Positions 63,050 through 64,000 of a DNA stretch of 64,000 nt are shown here, in pieces. Within the stretch, counting starts at the first letter, position 1. Each line of letters opens with the position of its first letter. The notes beneath the pieces were generated by a model. The model was not told where the DNA came from and did no database searches. It was given only the letters and a program-made list of their open reading frames with translations. Position numbers and translations under genes: made by a program. The DNA is from Macrostomum lignano (lineage: Eukaryota): contig NIVC01001826.1 of the NCBI GenBank assembly GCA_002269645.1, positions 62,001 through 126,000 on the forward strand, in the 5' to 3' direction.

Positions 63050-64000
63050 CCCACGTGGGGGCGATTTTTTAAGGTCGGTCCGCGGGCCCGCGCGTCCTTT
63101 GATCTTGCCGACAGCTGCCAATCAAAACTTGGGTGGGGGGGCTTGGGCGCGCCGAGGCGGTACGGAGGAGAGAGAGAGAGAGACGTGGTATTGGCAAAGT
63201 AGAGGGAAGGGAGAAAGGTATGCCTCTAGAATACTCTGTGTGTGTTGGTTGCGAGGCGGGCCTCTCTGGGTGTCACACAGGCCCCGGTCGGTGAGTGATA
63301 GACCTCCTGTCAGGCCTGAATGCCAGTCTGCCACATGAAATCCATTGACGAGAGACATTTAACAGGGCCGCGCGCTGTCACTCTCTCTCCCTCCCTCTCT
63401 GCCCCCTCTCATTTCCTCCATTTATCGCCCCTGCCAGCCAGCAGAGCTTGATTGGCAGGTACGGGAGGAGTTCAGAAGTGGAAGATCTGCAGTGAAGTGA
63501 AGGGTGAAGTGTAGAAGAGGCGCACGACCGGATTTCACTCGGGGAGGCCGTCCGCCTCTCCCAACTCTCTCTCTCTCTCTCCCCTATTCTCTCTGTTCTC
63601 TATTGACACATGGCAAATGTCGGCTAAGGCCTTTGATGCCTACCAACCCCATGTCTCTCTCTCTCCTTGCCTCCAATTTCCCTTGTAGACTATAGTTAGT
63701 TGGCGTTAGTTGTAGCCCCAAGGTTTTGTTCGCAATCCCTTTCTTTTCGTGTCGTTTGATTGGACCGGCGCATATTGTATACACCTACATATGTGCGCTT
63801 CAGATAAAGCAGCCGACTGCCCGCACTAAAACACAACATATAGCGAATGCTCAACAATCTAAAGAGGGGGACAGACAGGACAGTTGCCCGCCTCAACCAA
63901 CCAGGAAGGCTCGAGACCCCAACCTCAACCTCCCACGCTCCCCAACCTCCCTTCTCCAGTTTTTATATTTGAAAGCAAATACGGTTCAGTTCTTTTCCAA

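Noticed and set aside
55166-63437. 12-bp inverted repeat CTGGCAGGGGCG (55166-55177 and 63426-63437) as hAT-like TIRs
   Set aside because: There is no matching target-site duplication and no transposase between them.

Overview
Eukaryotic (animal) genomic DNA with GC-rich exons, GT-AG introns and abundant mini/microsatellites. The style best fits a free-living flatworm such as Macrostomum lignano, but this is an inference. Exon-by-exon reconstruction gives seven co-oriented minus-strand genes in a head-to-tail run: RagC/D GTPase (45138-48494), a 62-aa STMP1-like microprotein missed by the ORF track (42094-43258), a DEX1-like FG-GAP membrane protein (33261-40801), Ku80/XRCC5 (24655-31646), DEF8 (17090-23525), TMX3 (9481-16254) and a Pitx homeobox gene (512-5760, possible first exon near 6.4 kb). 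One plus-strand Ctr/SLC31-like copper transporter (about 54.3-55.1 kb), a tRNA-derived CORE-type SINE plus a second SINE head, a piggyBac-like remnant and about 40 distinct tandem arrays make up the rest. Most long ORFs in the supplied track are repeat artefacts. No CRISPR array, rRNA or bona fide tRNA was found. The most notable observations are: His in place of the catalytic switch-II Gln in RagC/D; DEF8 apparently lacking its C-terminal zinc finger; a recurrent oriented 15-nt quasi-palindrome just upstream of several 3' splice sites; a candidate trans-spliced operon; and a pattern in which each large intron of the six housekeeping genes carries its own private repeat.
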